Shown: positions 10,447-22,900 of the stretch, in pieces
How positions within the stretch are numbered: position 1 is the first letter of the stretch
Layout of the letters: every line of letters starts with the position of its first letter
DNA from: Geosiphon pyriformis uo1
Taxonomy: Eukaryota; Fungi; Glomeromycota
Assembly (NCBI GenBank): GCA_016748015.1
Contig: JAAOMT010000683.1
Coordinates: forward strand, 1 to 45,709
Direction of reading: 5' to 3'
DNA: 45,709 nucleotides
Position numbers and translations under genes: made by a program
The notes under the pieces: model-generated
Seen by the model: only the letters and a program-made list of their open reading frames with translations
Told to the model about the DNA's origin: nothing
The model's database searches: none

Positions 10447-13400
10447 CTATACAATTATATGAACAGAAACAGAGTCATTTATACCCAAGAAAAATAAACA
10501 TGATTTGCAAAAACCAAAATGAACACCCAATGCCTCAGTAATGCCAAGCAATTTGATCACACCAGCAGGAAACTCTGAAGCCAAACCTGAAACTATTGTA
10601 AGAGCTAAACTATCCAGTGGAATTAGGTTGGTTTTCTTCATATAGGCTTGATGTTTAATGCAGACCAACCAGATATTATTTCTAAAAGTAAAATCAAGAG
10701 ATCTCACAAACTTAACAACCTCCAAACCAGCAACCTTTGGATCATGAAAGATGGAGACAGCTTTGCATTAAACACAAAACCCTTATAAAGAGCCATAGAG
10801 ACCAAGAAATCAGAAACACAAAACAATAACAGCTGCAACACACAAGAAGAAGAATGAGATAAACCAGAAAAAGTTTTCCAAGAATTGACATGAGAGTCCA
10901 ATATATGAGATTGAATAGAATTGTTGATTTTACAAAAAAACACGTGATCCGAAGTCTCTACCTCACCACAATATAAACAAAGCACACTAGAATAACATCT
11001 GTTGTAGAAACACTTCTAAACTGCAACAGGAAGCTGATGATGCAAAGCCTTCATAAAATAAGTACAGATGCCAGCCAAAGATTTGCTAGTAAAACTGGTG
11101 GTCATATGCAAATCAAGATGCCAAACCAGTGAAAAGCAGAGCCAATCTATCTCAGAAAACAAGCTATTAGCCAAGAACTTAAAGCCAGAACCAATTTTCC
11201 AGTATGCGTGACAAATAGAGCAATAAATATTGCAAACAAAATGTTTAGAATTTCCAGAAACTACACTATTATCAGCAACTATAAAATGTTTATCTAAGCA
11301 AAGAATAAGACACTGACCAGAAAGAAAAGCAGCACCAGCAATCAAGTCAGTATGCTCATTTCCAGAAATGCCAGAGTGATCTTTTATCTTGTGCCAATGG
11401 ACACTTAAGTTCTTACATTTAACAATGTTTGCAATATGTCGGTGCTCTATCCAGCACTGATTACAAAAATCTGGACACACAAGACTCAATTCAGACTTGC
11501 ATGCATCCAGAGCAGATTGACTATCTGAAAACAACTAAACAGAACTAGATGTGAAAACACACTCCAAGGCCAATGCAATAGCCTGCAATTCTGCCAGAGT
11601 AGATGATATCAAACCTAAAATACCAACACCAAGGCCCAAACCAATGTTCTTGAAAAAAGCAGCAGCACCAGCCCTACAGCCTGTTATGCCCAAATTCTTC
11701 AGAGATCCATCTGTGTATACAAATATGTTACTCAACTCAACATGAGAAAGACAGTCACAAATAAAAACAAAATCATCAGAATTAAGAATGTTTAGAGAAA
11801 CAGCACCATCTGAAGCCAGAGGACCAGTAGGAGGAGAATTTACACTATTGAGAAAAGCCATAGCAAGCTTGAACCACTCAAGGATGGGGCCATGGAGGTC
11901 GAGCCTTTTCTACTGCTTGAAGATGTACCAATCAAATACAGCACTACAACAATTACAAAGTTGGTCCATGAAAGCAACACTGAACCTCCAAAGAGAAGGG
12001 AAAGATCTAGAAAACATCAACTCGCCCAGAACAGAAGACATAGAAATACTACTGCAGAACTGAAAAGAGTTGGCCAAAGAGCCACCTAAAGATAAATTGC
12101 AATCGAGAAGAATATGGACCATACCTGCCAAAAAGTTATTAGAAGTACTAACATGGAGAACTCAATGGATAAACAGGACACCAACACTAAACTTGTAAAT
12201 TATGAGACTTATGCACAAACAGGTAACCCAAAATCTCACCAAAGTTCACAAAACTGACAAAAAAGACAACCTTGCATTCAGACTGAACTTGCGAAAAAAA
12301 TTTCAAACCATAAAAAGAAGGGTAATGGAGTGTATCACTTGGAAAATCAAGGGAAAACCAGACTTAAGCTTCAAGCCCTTACAAATCAGAGCATCTCATT
12401 TGCTACAGATGCTGACCGGAACAAAACTAAATTGTGTTCGATAACTGACTATGGGTTGGAGAACTGCCAACACCAAGTATAAGAATTGTTTATCAGAGAC
12501 AGCCTTTTTTAGAACCAAATTGACAAAAAATCGAACATCCAAATATGCTTTAGCTAAACTAGGTCTTAAAAAACCCTCAGTTGAAAGAAAAATACTCAGA
12601 TACTGATGAGACTCTCTCTTTTTGACAATAGAGATGGGCAAACCACTAATAGAAAGAAAAGGACTACTGATCCAGCTATTAATTGGAATGGCCACTGTTT
12701 TGTCATTATTAATTGAGATATTATTAACCTGAAAAAATTCACTGGCAACATTAAAAATATGTTGAGTAGCAGTCTGACTGCTACCAACTCAAATTATGTC
12801 ATCAACAAAAGCACCAGCAGCAAAAAAAGAAGAGAGTCCAGCCTGAGATTTAGGGCGACCACTTTGGAGACAAAATGAGAGTTTAATCTGTATTCACATG
12901 CACTTTCCTCTCTCTTGACTTCACACAACAGAGAATCGTAAAATATGCACCACAAAAGTGGAGAGAAAACTTCCCCCTAATCCAAATCATCATGAACACA
13001 ATAACTATCAGTCAAACCAAAATCTGTTATAATTCGGTTGGTACAATTCCTGTGAATACCACCAAAAAATTGAATGAATTTGCTACACATCTTAATCCTA
13101 ATCAAACTTTTCTTGAGATGCTTCCAGCCGACTGAATCATAAGCTTTTCGCATGTTCTGCAAAACCAGCCAGAGTTCCCAGTCCTTCTCCAAGACATCTT
13201 CAACTACTAAACCAATAGCAAAAATAGGAGACTGAGTAGTTGTACTCTTCAAAACCAAAAAATTGTCCTTATAAAGAACATTAAAAGCACTGCAGGCTGC
13301 GGAAATTCTATTAAAGAGAACCTTAGAAAGAATTTTGCAAGCCATCTCGAGTAATACAATGGGACATGTATTCGTTAAAACGTCTTCCCACTCATAAGGT

Positions 13401-15112
13401 TTGGAAATTATCAAGACCCAGGCCTCTTTCCAAGGACCGGGTACAGATTCACCAGTTAAACAAGAATTTAAAAACACCAACAACATGTCCAGAACCAGCT
13501 TATTATAATGTTTCCAAAGTTCATTAGATATCCCTGACAAACTGGCAGTTTTGCCATCAGGAAGGTCAGAAACTACCCTAAACAATTCATTGAAACTGAC
13601 TGAATTCATCACACCAGAAAAGGCTTCATCAAAAACATATTCCAACAGATGGTATTGGCAGCACTAATCATCTAAAACACTATCAACTACCCAATGTTTC
13701 CTGGTCTAACCTTCCATAATTATGTCTAACTTAGACCTAATCAAATCAGATTCCAAAATCAGTTCATTATTAACAACCAAGTGATCAAATATCATCTTAT
13801 AAAACAGACATTTAAGCACACTTCTTATTGTGTGACCCTTATTCACTTCAAAACTTTCCATCTTTTTATCGATGGCAGACCTAATATTTGCCTCTTTAGC
13901 ACACTGAGATTCAGCAAACTTTGATGCATGATAGGATTTTCTGGCACCTAAAAGAGCAGAACAAACATGACCAAAGTCTACACCAGAAGTTATCATAGAC
14001 TAAATAACCGAAGTCTTATCACCATCCAGAGAATTCCAACATCTCATAAGAGAATCAAAACACTCAACATTCTCCCCACAAGACGTCTTGATAATCCTAG
14101 AAACTAAAAGCTCCATCTTGTAAAACCTTGAAGATTCTTTGGTGAAGACCTTATCAAAGCCCCTGAACCACTTTTTTTTGAACACTTTATTTGCCAAAAG
14201 AACCATAATTTTGCAAACAATTTCCCACATAGCATCTAGATCTGAAAACTTTTCTGATACACAAAACTCATCCACAAACATTGTGGCATTATCTAATATA
14301 GCACACCTAAAATTAACCCATTTATTTTTATCAGCACCTTTGAAATTAAATTTCTATCTGTTTCTGTTCGCTTGTTTGTGAAGAAAGTTCAACTGTGTGT
14401 CCAAAAGCCCACCCAAATCCAAAGACACAGAAACAGCCTGATAATTTATGTTGAAATGCTCACTGACATCCAAAACATTACAATGCACTAATGCATTAAC
14501 CAGATTAGAAGAAACAAACATGAAATCAATTGTTTTTCGAACACCTTTAGAATTCGCCCAAGTAGACATTTTCAAGATCAGGCTCCCAACCAAAGAATTG
14601 ACCAGCCCCAAATCAAGGCATTTTTTGAAATTAGCACACCTATGAGACCTATCTTCTTTAAAATCACCACCAAAAACAACAAAAAAAGACTCATTAACAG
14701 CTCTTGCGATAAGAGAGTTGATTATATTAGTCTGAGAAAACCAAACTGCCACAGATATACCAGCATAAAGTCCCAAAATTGACACCGAAAGTTTGTTTTT
14801 GAAAAGCAATTTAATGGATAGGAGTCAACCCGGTACTTCAGAGACTTTACATACATGCCTAGCTAAAGAAGAGTTCATAATAATTACAACACCAGCATCC
14901 AGATAACCAGAATCCAGACCAGAAGTAAACACCCAGACACCAACAAATCTGTTGGTTAACCAGAGTTATATCTTTTCTTTAAGCTTTAACTCCATAACAA
15001 TAGAAATAAGATTGTTTATGTCTTTGTGCCAACAAATGACATCATCTTGTTTTGCAGAATTGTTTATTTCATAAACATTGCACATGGCAATTTTTCAGAT
15101 TAGCTCACTCAT
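10447..15112 (-). pseudogene. LINE ORF2 (APE endonuclease, reverse transcriptase, RNase H, C-terminal Cys/His knuckle) with many nonsense mutations
   Basis: APE: GGDF, TWANS...IDFMFVS. RT: PGPWK...PIVLLE...K, QNMRKAYDSV, AGAFVDD (~12800). RNase H: VYTDGSL, AELQAI, FSDSQSAL, KIKDHSGISGNEHTD. C-terminus: CLYCGEVETSDHVFFC. Confidence 0.95.
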
Positions 15113-16907
15113 TGAGAAGGGGTTTGTGAGGACACATTACTTGCTAAAACCAAACCATCGAAGTGGGCAAATAAGCTCAAAACAGATTTGGAGAGTCCTT
15201 CCAATATTTTTTTCAACTTAACAACATGGGAAGATGCCGAAAGGTCCACAATTGTAGCAGTCTCATTACTAGTGACTTCACTCAAACTCACTCCCATCAC
15301 TGTATTCTCCTCTTGAATCTGAGATAGAGGGGTCACCAGCAGCTGACATCCAGAGCTAGGCTGAGAAACTACTAGTATAAGTGAATCCAATCTCTTAGTT
15401 AACTTACTAATTTGTCCCATGAGGTCAACAAGACTGCTCTTAATACTAACTAGACAAATCTCTAAAATGCTACCAACAGAAAGGATAGGTTTACTACTAT
15501 CAACGGAACCAAGTAAAAATGGACTATCAGAAGATGTACAGAAGGGAGGTTTGCCAACCACATCCGCCCAAGTTTTACCACCAAAAGCCAGAGGCCTAGA
15601 AACAGATGCAAACTTTTTCTCATAAATTTTGGCCAATCTAAACTTATTTTGGGCTGAAAGAGGAGCCCTCTTGCTCTTAGAAATAGAAGATATACTAGCT
15701 GACTTACAAACCAAACTTGAGTGACCTAGAGAATTGCAAACAGAACATAAAAGGGTAACTAAACATGACCAGCAGAAACCAATGCTCTTTATAACTGGTG
15801 TATTGGCCACAGCCCAAGTCATGTCATCTTCAGAACCAAAACACACAGTAGCACATCATGCGCGAGTATAATTAACAGAATTGCATTCGATCAAGCATGT
15901 TTTCTCACTCACAGAACCAATAAAATCTCACAAATTATGAGCCATTGTTCCCATAGGAAGAGTGTAGAGCAATGTCCTAAATTTATTCCTAATATCCCAT
16001 GTCTGTTTATCAATATTAGCCCTGGCCACATAGATTGCATCTTTACCAATAAGAATCAACTATTCAATAGCCAATAGATCAGCCTAACTTTGATCTTCTA
16101 ATTCAATGATCGTCTTTTGCCACAAACTCACCAGTTGTATTTTGATCATCTTAATTTGTCCAAATACAGACACAGCCACACGCATAGCCTTAATAGAAGT
16201 TCTCACAGGAATCTCTTTTAACACAATCGCCTGATTCGTATGGTTGTTTACAGGGTGCTTGAGATTAGTGTTTATCATAATACCATGATCATTTGTTAAC
16301 TTCTCAGCAGTCATTATTGTTTTTTCCAAAGTAAAAGTTACACAAATAATTCCACCAAATTTTGAAGGAGTAGAAGCTCCCCCAAAACCATTCACACTTG
16401 AAAAAATTTTTCTGATAAAACTCAACTTTTCTTGAAAGACTTCCCAACAACAGCCATAAGATCAATATCTAAAGCAAAGGATTTGCAAACAGGCATTTGA
16501 ATGGACAGTTTGATAGGTAGAGAGGGTGGAAGAAGAAAGAAATCATCTAACATGTCATTGTTTGTATTGACAGTACTATAATCAATCACACTCAAAGGCT
16601 TCTCTAACATCTTTTTTGTCTTTGCACGCAAACTTTTTAGCATTTAATTAGGATTCCCTTTTGCAAAAGCACCACTCTCACCATAGTCAACACTGGTTTT
16701 CTCAATTAAGCACTCCTCTTCCATGTTAATACTTTCAGACTCAGTAGTGTCACCTGTCTCAGAACCCCATGAATGAGTACCAAAAGCTTCAGCAGCAATC
16801 TTTCTATTATCAACACCCTTTGCCAATACACCTCTCTTCCTCTTTTTCCTCAATGCAACCACCTTAAAACCACTCTCAAAACCAGAAACTTTAATAGTAT
16901 TCTTCAT
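15109..16907 (-). pseudogene. LINE ORF1 (RRM-like segments + CCHC zinc knuckle + probable coiled coil)
   Basis: AIVLKEIPV...VFGQIKMIK (RRM-like), CSVCNSLGHSSLVC (CX2CX4HX4C), heptad-like LVSIKSSLVDLMGQISKLTKRL. Confidence 0.85.
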
Positions 16908-17683
16908 AACAGCAATAACAGGGCCAACAGTGACCTCTTAATCGAAGAACAGTTTTGATTTATCATACTGAATAATAAAAAACTTCTTTTGAAAAAACTT
17001 TTGACTCTTTTTTAGGAATTTTGGACAAAAGAGAGAAAGAAGTTTTTTTGTAATTTATTGTGATATTTATAATAATAGTCAGTTCAATAATAAAAACAGA
17101 AAAAACAGAAAAAACTTTTTTTAAAAATTTGATATTTTTTTTGGATATTTGAGACAAAAAAAAAGAAGTTTTTTTTTATATTAATTAATCAATAAAAAAT
17201 TTATAAATAATTAAATTTAATTTAACATTATATTAATTACTTAATAATTAAAACAAACTAATTAAAAACTAATTTATAATAATTAAATTTTTATAATAAT
17301 AAAAAATTTTTAATTAAAAATTTACCAATTAATTATTTAGTAAAAATAATATTAATATATTTTAAAAAACTAATAACAAAAAATAAATTTTGTTTTTATA
17401 ATTATAAAAAGTGGTTTTTATAATATTTACAATAAAAATACTATATTTATACAAAATTTTAAAAAATTTGCCAAAAAATTAATTTTTAATTTAATTAAAA
17501 ATGAAAATAAATTTATAAATAACTATTTTAAAACTTGTAAATTTAATAATTAGTGTTTAAAAAGTTTTTTAAAAACACTTTTTATATTAAAAAATTACAA
17601 TATTATTTATTTTATTTTTAATTTATAATTGGTTAAATATTTTTATTAGAAAAATCTCAGAAAATTTTTATTTAGGTTTTAAA

Positions 17684-19850
17684 TTTTTTTTTATGTATTT
17701 AATAAGTATAATTTAACTACTATTTAAATATTAAGTATAAACTAAGTATATTAAAACTAAATATAATTTATGTTTTTTTTATATATAATTGGCTACTTAA
17801 ACTAACTTAGGTTATATTATATTAATACTATTAGAAAAAAACTTATTCAAAAAAACATTTTTTAAATAATCTTAAATAATATAGCACTAATTATTTCAAC
17901 CAATTATTTAATTATTTTTAATATATCAGTTTTAATAGCAACAAATTTATGTTTTCAAAGTAATATTAAATTAAAAAATATATTTTTATCTATTATAAAC
18001 AAACTTATTTGAAAACCAACTATGTCAATATTCTTATATTTGTATTTAATTTTTAAAACAACTATCTTATATTTTAGCTTACTAATAGCTTTGCTAAAAA
18101 CATTTATATATACTATAATTTTATTGATTTTTAGACTAAATGTTTTACTTAAATCAAAATTACTATTAATAAATTATTTAAACATAATAACCAAAAAACT
18201 AATTGACTTAATAATAAATTCAACCAAAACAAAAAACTTGGCCAAATCAGATTCCAAAAAGACTAACCAAAAAAAAACCACAAAGATATTAGCCATTATA
18301 TTAGCAGAAAAAACAGAACCAACTGAAAAACCAAAAACTAAAGAAAACACAAAAATAGCAGTCTTAACATAAAACTTAATGTCAATAAAATAAAACACAA
18401 AAGTTTTAAAAGTTTTTAAAGAGAAAGATAAAGACATTTTACAATTAACAGTCAAATAATTCAAGTCTTAATACTTAAAACAGCATCAGCATTCAGAAGT
18501 TTTTTATTAGATATAATATTTCATTAAAGTATTAATTTTAATAATAACAGTATTTAAATTACTTTAAAAGTTAAATACAACTAAAACAAACTAGAAATAA
18601 TAACCAAAATCAAGTAAGTAAAAAATAAAACAAGTTTAATTACCAACTTAAGAAATAATATTACTAATTTTAAAGACAATACAACCAGAAAAAAATTAAT
18701 TAACTTGGCTTTAAACTTATTATAAAACAAAATAGTTTTATTTTAATTTACTAAAAAAAGAATCTTAATACTATTTTTATCCAATAAAACTAACCAAAAA
18801 ATTTAGACAAATACAATAATATCTAAATTTTTAAAATAAATAACTATATATTATCAAATACTAGTAGATTTTAGCATAATATAAATAACTTTTTTAAACA
18901 CACCAAGTATTATTTTAATATTAACAGCAAATATATTTAAAAACATATTATATAATATAACAATAGCAAAAAAAAACCAGCCTCAAAAACCACCAAAAAT
19001 TTGGTAATTTTAAGAGTAATTAAACAAACAAAGTTTTCAAATTCAATTAAAAATACAGCTTCTAAAAACTGTTGAAAAACAAATTTTATACAAAAAAGTT
19101 TTATATTGTTTTTTATAACTAACTTTACATCTAAAAAACTATGCAAAAACTAAAAAACAGTCTTAATATAAGCCAATTTAATCTTAAAAATAACATTAAA
19201 TATTAGAATAAAGATTATTTACTTAGCAAATTTTTGATAACCAGTTATGATTTTTTAAGCATTATTAATAGCAATACAAAAAACCAGAAAAGATAATTCA
19301 ATTTCCATTTGATCAGTTTAGTTTTTAAAAACAAATAATTAAACAGAAAATTATTACTTTGTTTTTAAAATCAGCAAAAATTTGCCAAAAAACACTATAT
19401 TTGGCAATACAATTTGTAATTAGTCGTGGCTTATCTTAGATAATATGTTAAATAATATAATATAAATTTTATTTAAGATTTTATTTAAAATTACAAAAAA
19501 ATTCAATATAACAATAACAGAAATGAATAATTGTTTTTACTTTTTAGAATTTTTGCTCTTTTTGGTCATTTTTAAAGAAGTAGTATTAATAGTATTAAGT
19601 ATAATAACAATAATTAAAAAGACTAGCTTGTTAACTATCTTACTATTAAAAAATTTTGAATTTTTGATAAGAGTAAAGATAACACTAAAATTGATCTAAG
19701 TATGTTTCTTAAAAAAAACTTTAATCAAGAAAAACCCAGCCAAAAATAAAAAAAATATTACAAAAGCTATTAAAAACAGTTTTTTATTATTATTATTTAA
19801 AAAAAAAAGCCTCTAAAATATTCTGTTTAATTGCTTTTATAACAATAATT
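17684..19850 (-). mobile_element. Non-autonomous ORF1-only retroelement, copy 1
   Basis: One decayed ORF (~17817-19840) homologous to LINE ORF1, with knuckle C-F-K-Y-*-D-L-N-Y-L-T-V-N-C at ~18440-18483. It is followed directly by the LINE-type 3' UTR and poly-A; no ORF2. Homologous to 34873-41300. Confidence 0.8.
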
Positions 19851-19989
19851 ATATATATATTAATTTGATTTTATTAATAAAAAATATAAAAACAACATAA
19901 TTATATATAATAATATATAATTATATAAAATATACAATAATATAAAATAATATATAATAATTAATATTAATAAAATAACATATAATAAT

Positions 19990-22900
19990 TAATAATATTA
20001 TTATTTTATGAATGCAGTTCAATTATTATTTAATATACAAAAACAAACTAAGTATATCAAACTAAATATAATAGTATCTACTTATTATATGTGACTGGCT
20101 ACTTAAACCAATTAAGGCCATATTACATATTCATATTAACTCTCAATCTATTATTTAAACCTAAAAAGAACAAATAGGCCTTGTGTATTCTAAAATTAAC
20201 AGTAAATAATTTAATAATTCCAAATATATGGATTATTTCAGATAAAAAAAATCCAAATAGGTTATTGCATATCTCAGACAAAATTTTTGTGTTCTCTACT
20301 AAACTACTTTTTTCTATATTAACTTTATACTTAAATCTAAAATTTCACAATCTACTATGATGTATATTAACCAGATACCAGATAAAATCAGCCAGATATC
20401 TAATAAAATTAGCCACTATTACTATAATATTTTTTTATTTTCAATCCTAAAAACAGCTTTACTAATCCAATTCTTAAAAACAAACTCTTTATACAAGATT
20501 TCATAAATACTAATGTCTAATATTCGTAACAAAAGAATATACAACACTGAAAAAATTAGTGAAAAACAAAATTTTACCAAAAAAGTTCACAATTTGGCAT
20601 GATCTAATAAAATCTTAAAGCATATTAAAGCATTTTTTGGATAAATAAAAACATAATTAAGTAGTTTAATATCACTACAGAATAGACACAATACACTTAA
20701 GTACTTCATATTATAAAGTCTTTTTCTGACTGCAATTGGCAATTTTTTATGAACTGTTTTTATTAAATATATATAAAGAGTCATTAAAAGTTTGCTAGTA
20801 TAACCAAAAAGCATATGGGAATTAAAATGCTATACTAAAGCAGTACAGTGCTAATTAATGGTTTAAATGAAAGAATTCTATAAAATTTTTATATTCAGAT
20901 CTGCTTCTCATTGAGCATAATTAATTATCTAATATATTATAGACAAAATACCAAACATTATCTGAAACAACCAACCCATCTACCAAAATAAATTTTTTAT
21001 GCATACTAGTAGATAAAAAAATACAGAACTGCATTACAATACTTGTGAGACTATTAACTTTATTATTGTTAGCATTCTCTGAATAGCTCTTGATTTTTAC
21101 TCACTTAATAAAAATGTTTTTGGATCTAATTAAATTAGCCACATAACATTTTTTAATTCAGCATTTATTTCAAAAATTAGACACAAGTAGTGTAAGCTCT
21201 AATATATATATATTTATAATAGTTTGGCTGTTTATATATAAAACTACTAAGCATAATAAGGAAACACATTCTAAAGTTAAAGTAATAACTTGTAATTTTA
21301 ACAATATTAATGATAGCAAATTAAAAATTCTTATAACAAAATCTATTTTAATTTCAAAAAAATATGCTGCTATTCTACTTGTTATATTAACAGTACTTAG
21401 ATCACACAGAAAACTATCAATGTAAACATTAACTTCCTTTGTTTAAAGTTCATATAAATGCTCTTAAACATTTAAAAATTCACATAAACTATAAAGTCTA
21501 AACTGTTAGAATTAAAGCTGTACTTAATAAGATTAACAGAAAAATTATTTATATAATTAGCAGTTTTCACAAACCATGTTGGCACAGGACTTTTTAAATT
21601 CAGTCTTTTCTAATAACAAAAAATCTTTCAATTCATAATAAAATTATATTTGTCCAATAATTTATTATCAAAGACAATATCAAAACATTTTAAAGAGTAA
21701 GTCATATTAAAGTAATATGAACTACCTAAATTTTTAACATAGAAAAGTAATCAGAGGATTGAAATGCACAAAGTAACTTATTTGTTAAAGAAATATTGCT
21801 ATTTAAAAAAATTTTTATTATGCCTATTAAAAAATTGTTCATGGAATGAACTTTTAGCTTAACAAAAAATTGTAGTAAGTTTTTTGGCATTCAGCCTGCT
21901 ATTTGCAAATTCAGAAACTGGTACACAAATAGACTGCCAAAAATTCTTGCTGTATTAAAAAACCAAATTAATAAAGCCATCTTGTTTTTAGCCTAGAACT
22001 GTTTAAATAATTTAAGCTTATACAATAATAAATAATATAAAGCTTTATTAGAAAAGTCTTTTGGCAAATTAGTCTTTAATTTAAGTTTTTTTTTAATCAT
22101 AACATTCTATTTTTAATGCATACTCTTAAACACAAAACTAAATTGTGTTTAGTAATTAATAATAGACTGCAAAACCACTAAAACTAAATAGAAAAATTGC
22201 TTATCTGATAGAGCTTTTTTAAGGATTATGTTTGAGAAAAACCTGATATCTGAATGTACTTTGGTAAAATTCGGCTTAGATATACTCTTTGTTAGCAAAA
22301 AATTTCTAAATATCTGTAAGATTCTCTATGCTTAGTAATAAAAATAAATTGGTTACTAATGTGTAATAAAGCAAATATAACTCTTTGGTTAATAGAAATT
22401 ATAACTATTTTTTTATTGTTAAACAAATGTTATTAATCTTAAAAAACTGATCAGTTAAGTTCAAAATATACTGTATTAAAGCTTGACTATTCTTTATTTA
22501 AATTGTGTTATTCATAAAAGTACTAGTTACAAAAAAAAATTTTTCTTTACTAACTTTTATCTTGTCTGTCTTAGCCACAAAATTGGTATTAATCTAATAT
22601 TTATACAAATGTTTTTAATATCTTATTTTGCAAAATAAGAGATCATAAAAGATTTTCCAAAAAAATGGTAAAAAGATATCATTCTAATTCAATCTATTTT
22701 GTATTCTGTAACTATTTGAAAGACCAAAATCTGTTATTATTCTGTTGACTCTGTTTTTATGTATGTTTTCAAAGAAATTAATAAATCTGTTACACATTTT
22801 AATCTGCTTTAAACTAATTTCTAAATGATGTTATCTAACTGAATTATAAGCTTTATGTATGTTCTATAAAACCAGCCAAAGCTTTTGTCCCTTTTCCAAA

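Larger units (their letters stand above)
10317..17180 (-). mobile_element. LINE copy B: full length, least decayed copy (ORF1 + APE-RT-RNase H ORF2, poly-A tail)
   Basis: Continuous chain of minus-strand ORF fragments 10447-16907; poly-T at 10317-10326 on the + strand; 3' UTR shared with the other copies. Confidence 0.95.

Noticed and set aside
11551-15625. Plus-strand ORFs overlapping LINE B
   Set aside because: Antisense shadows of ORF1/ORF2 with no recognisable motifs.
10447-16907. Alternative genetic code or stop readthrough explaining the in-frame stops
   Set aside because: All three stop codons occur, replace W, Q and R, and sit at different positions in different copies, as expected for mutation.
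10300-17200. Target-site duplications for the LINE copies
   Set aside because: Flanks are low-complexity A/T and I could not identify a convincing duplication by eye.
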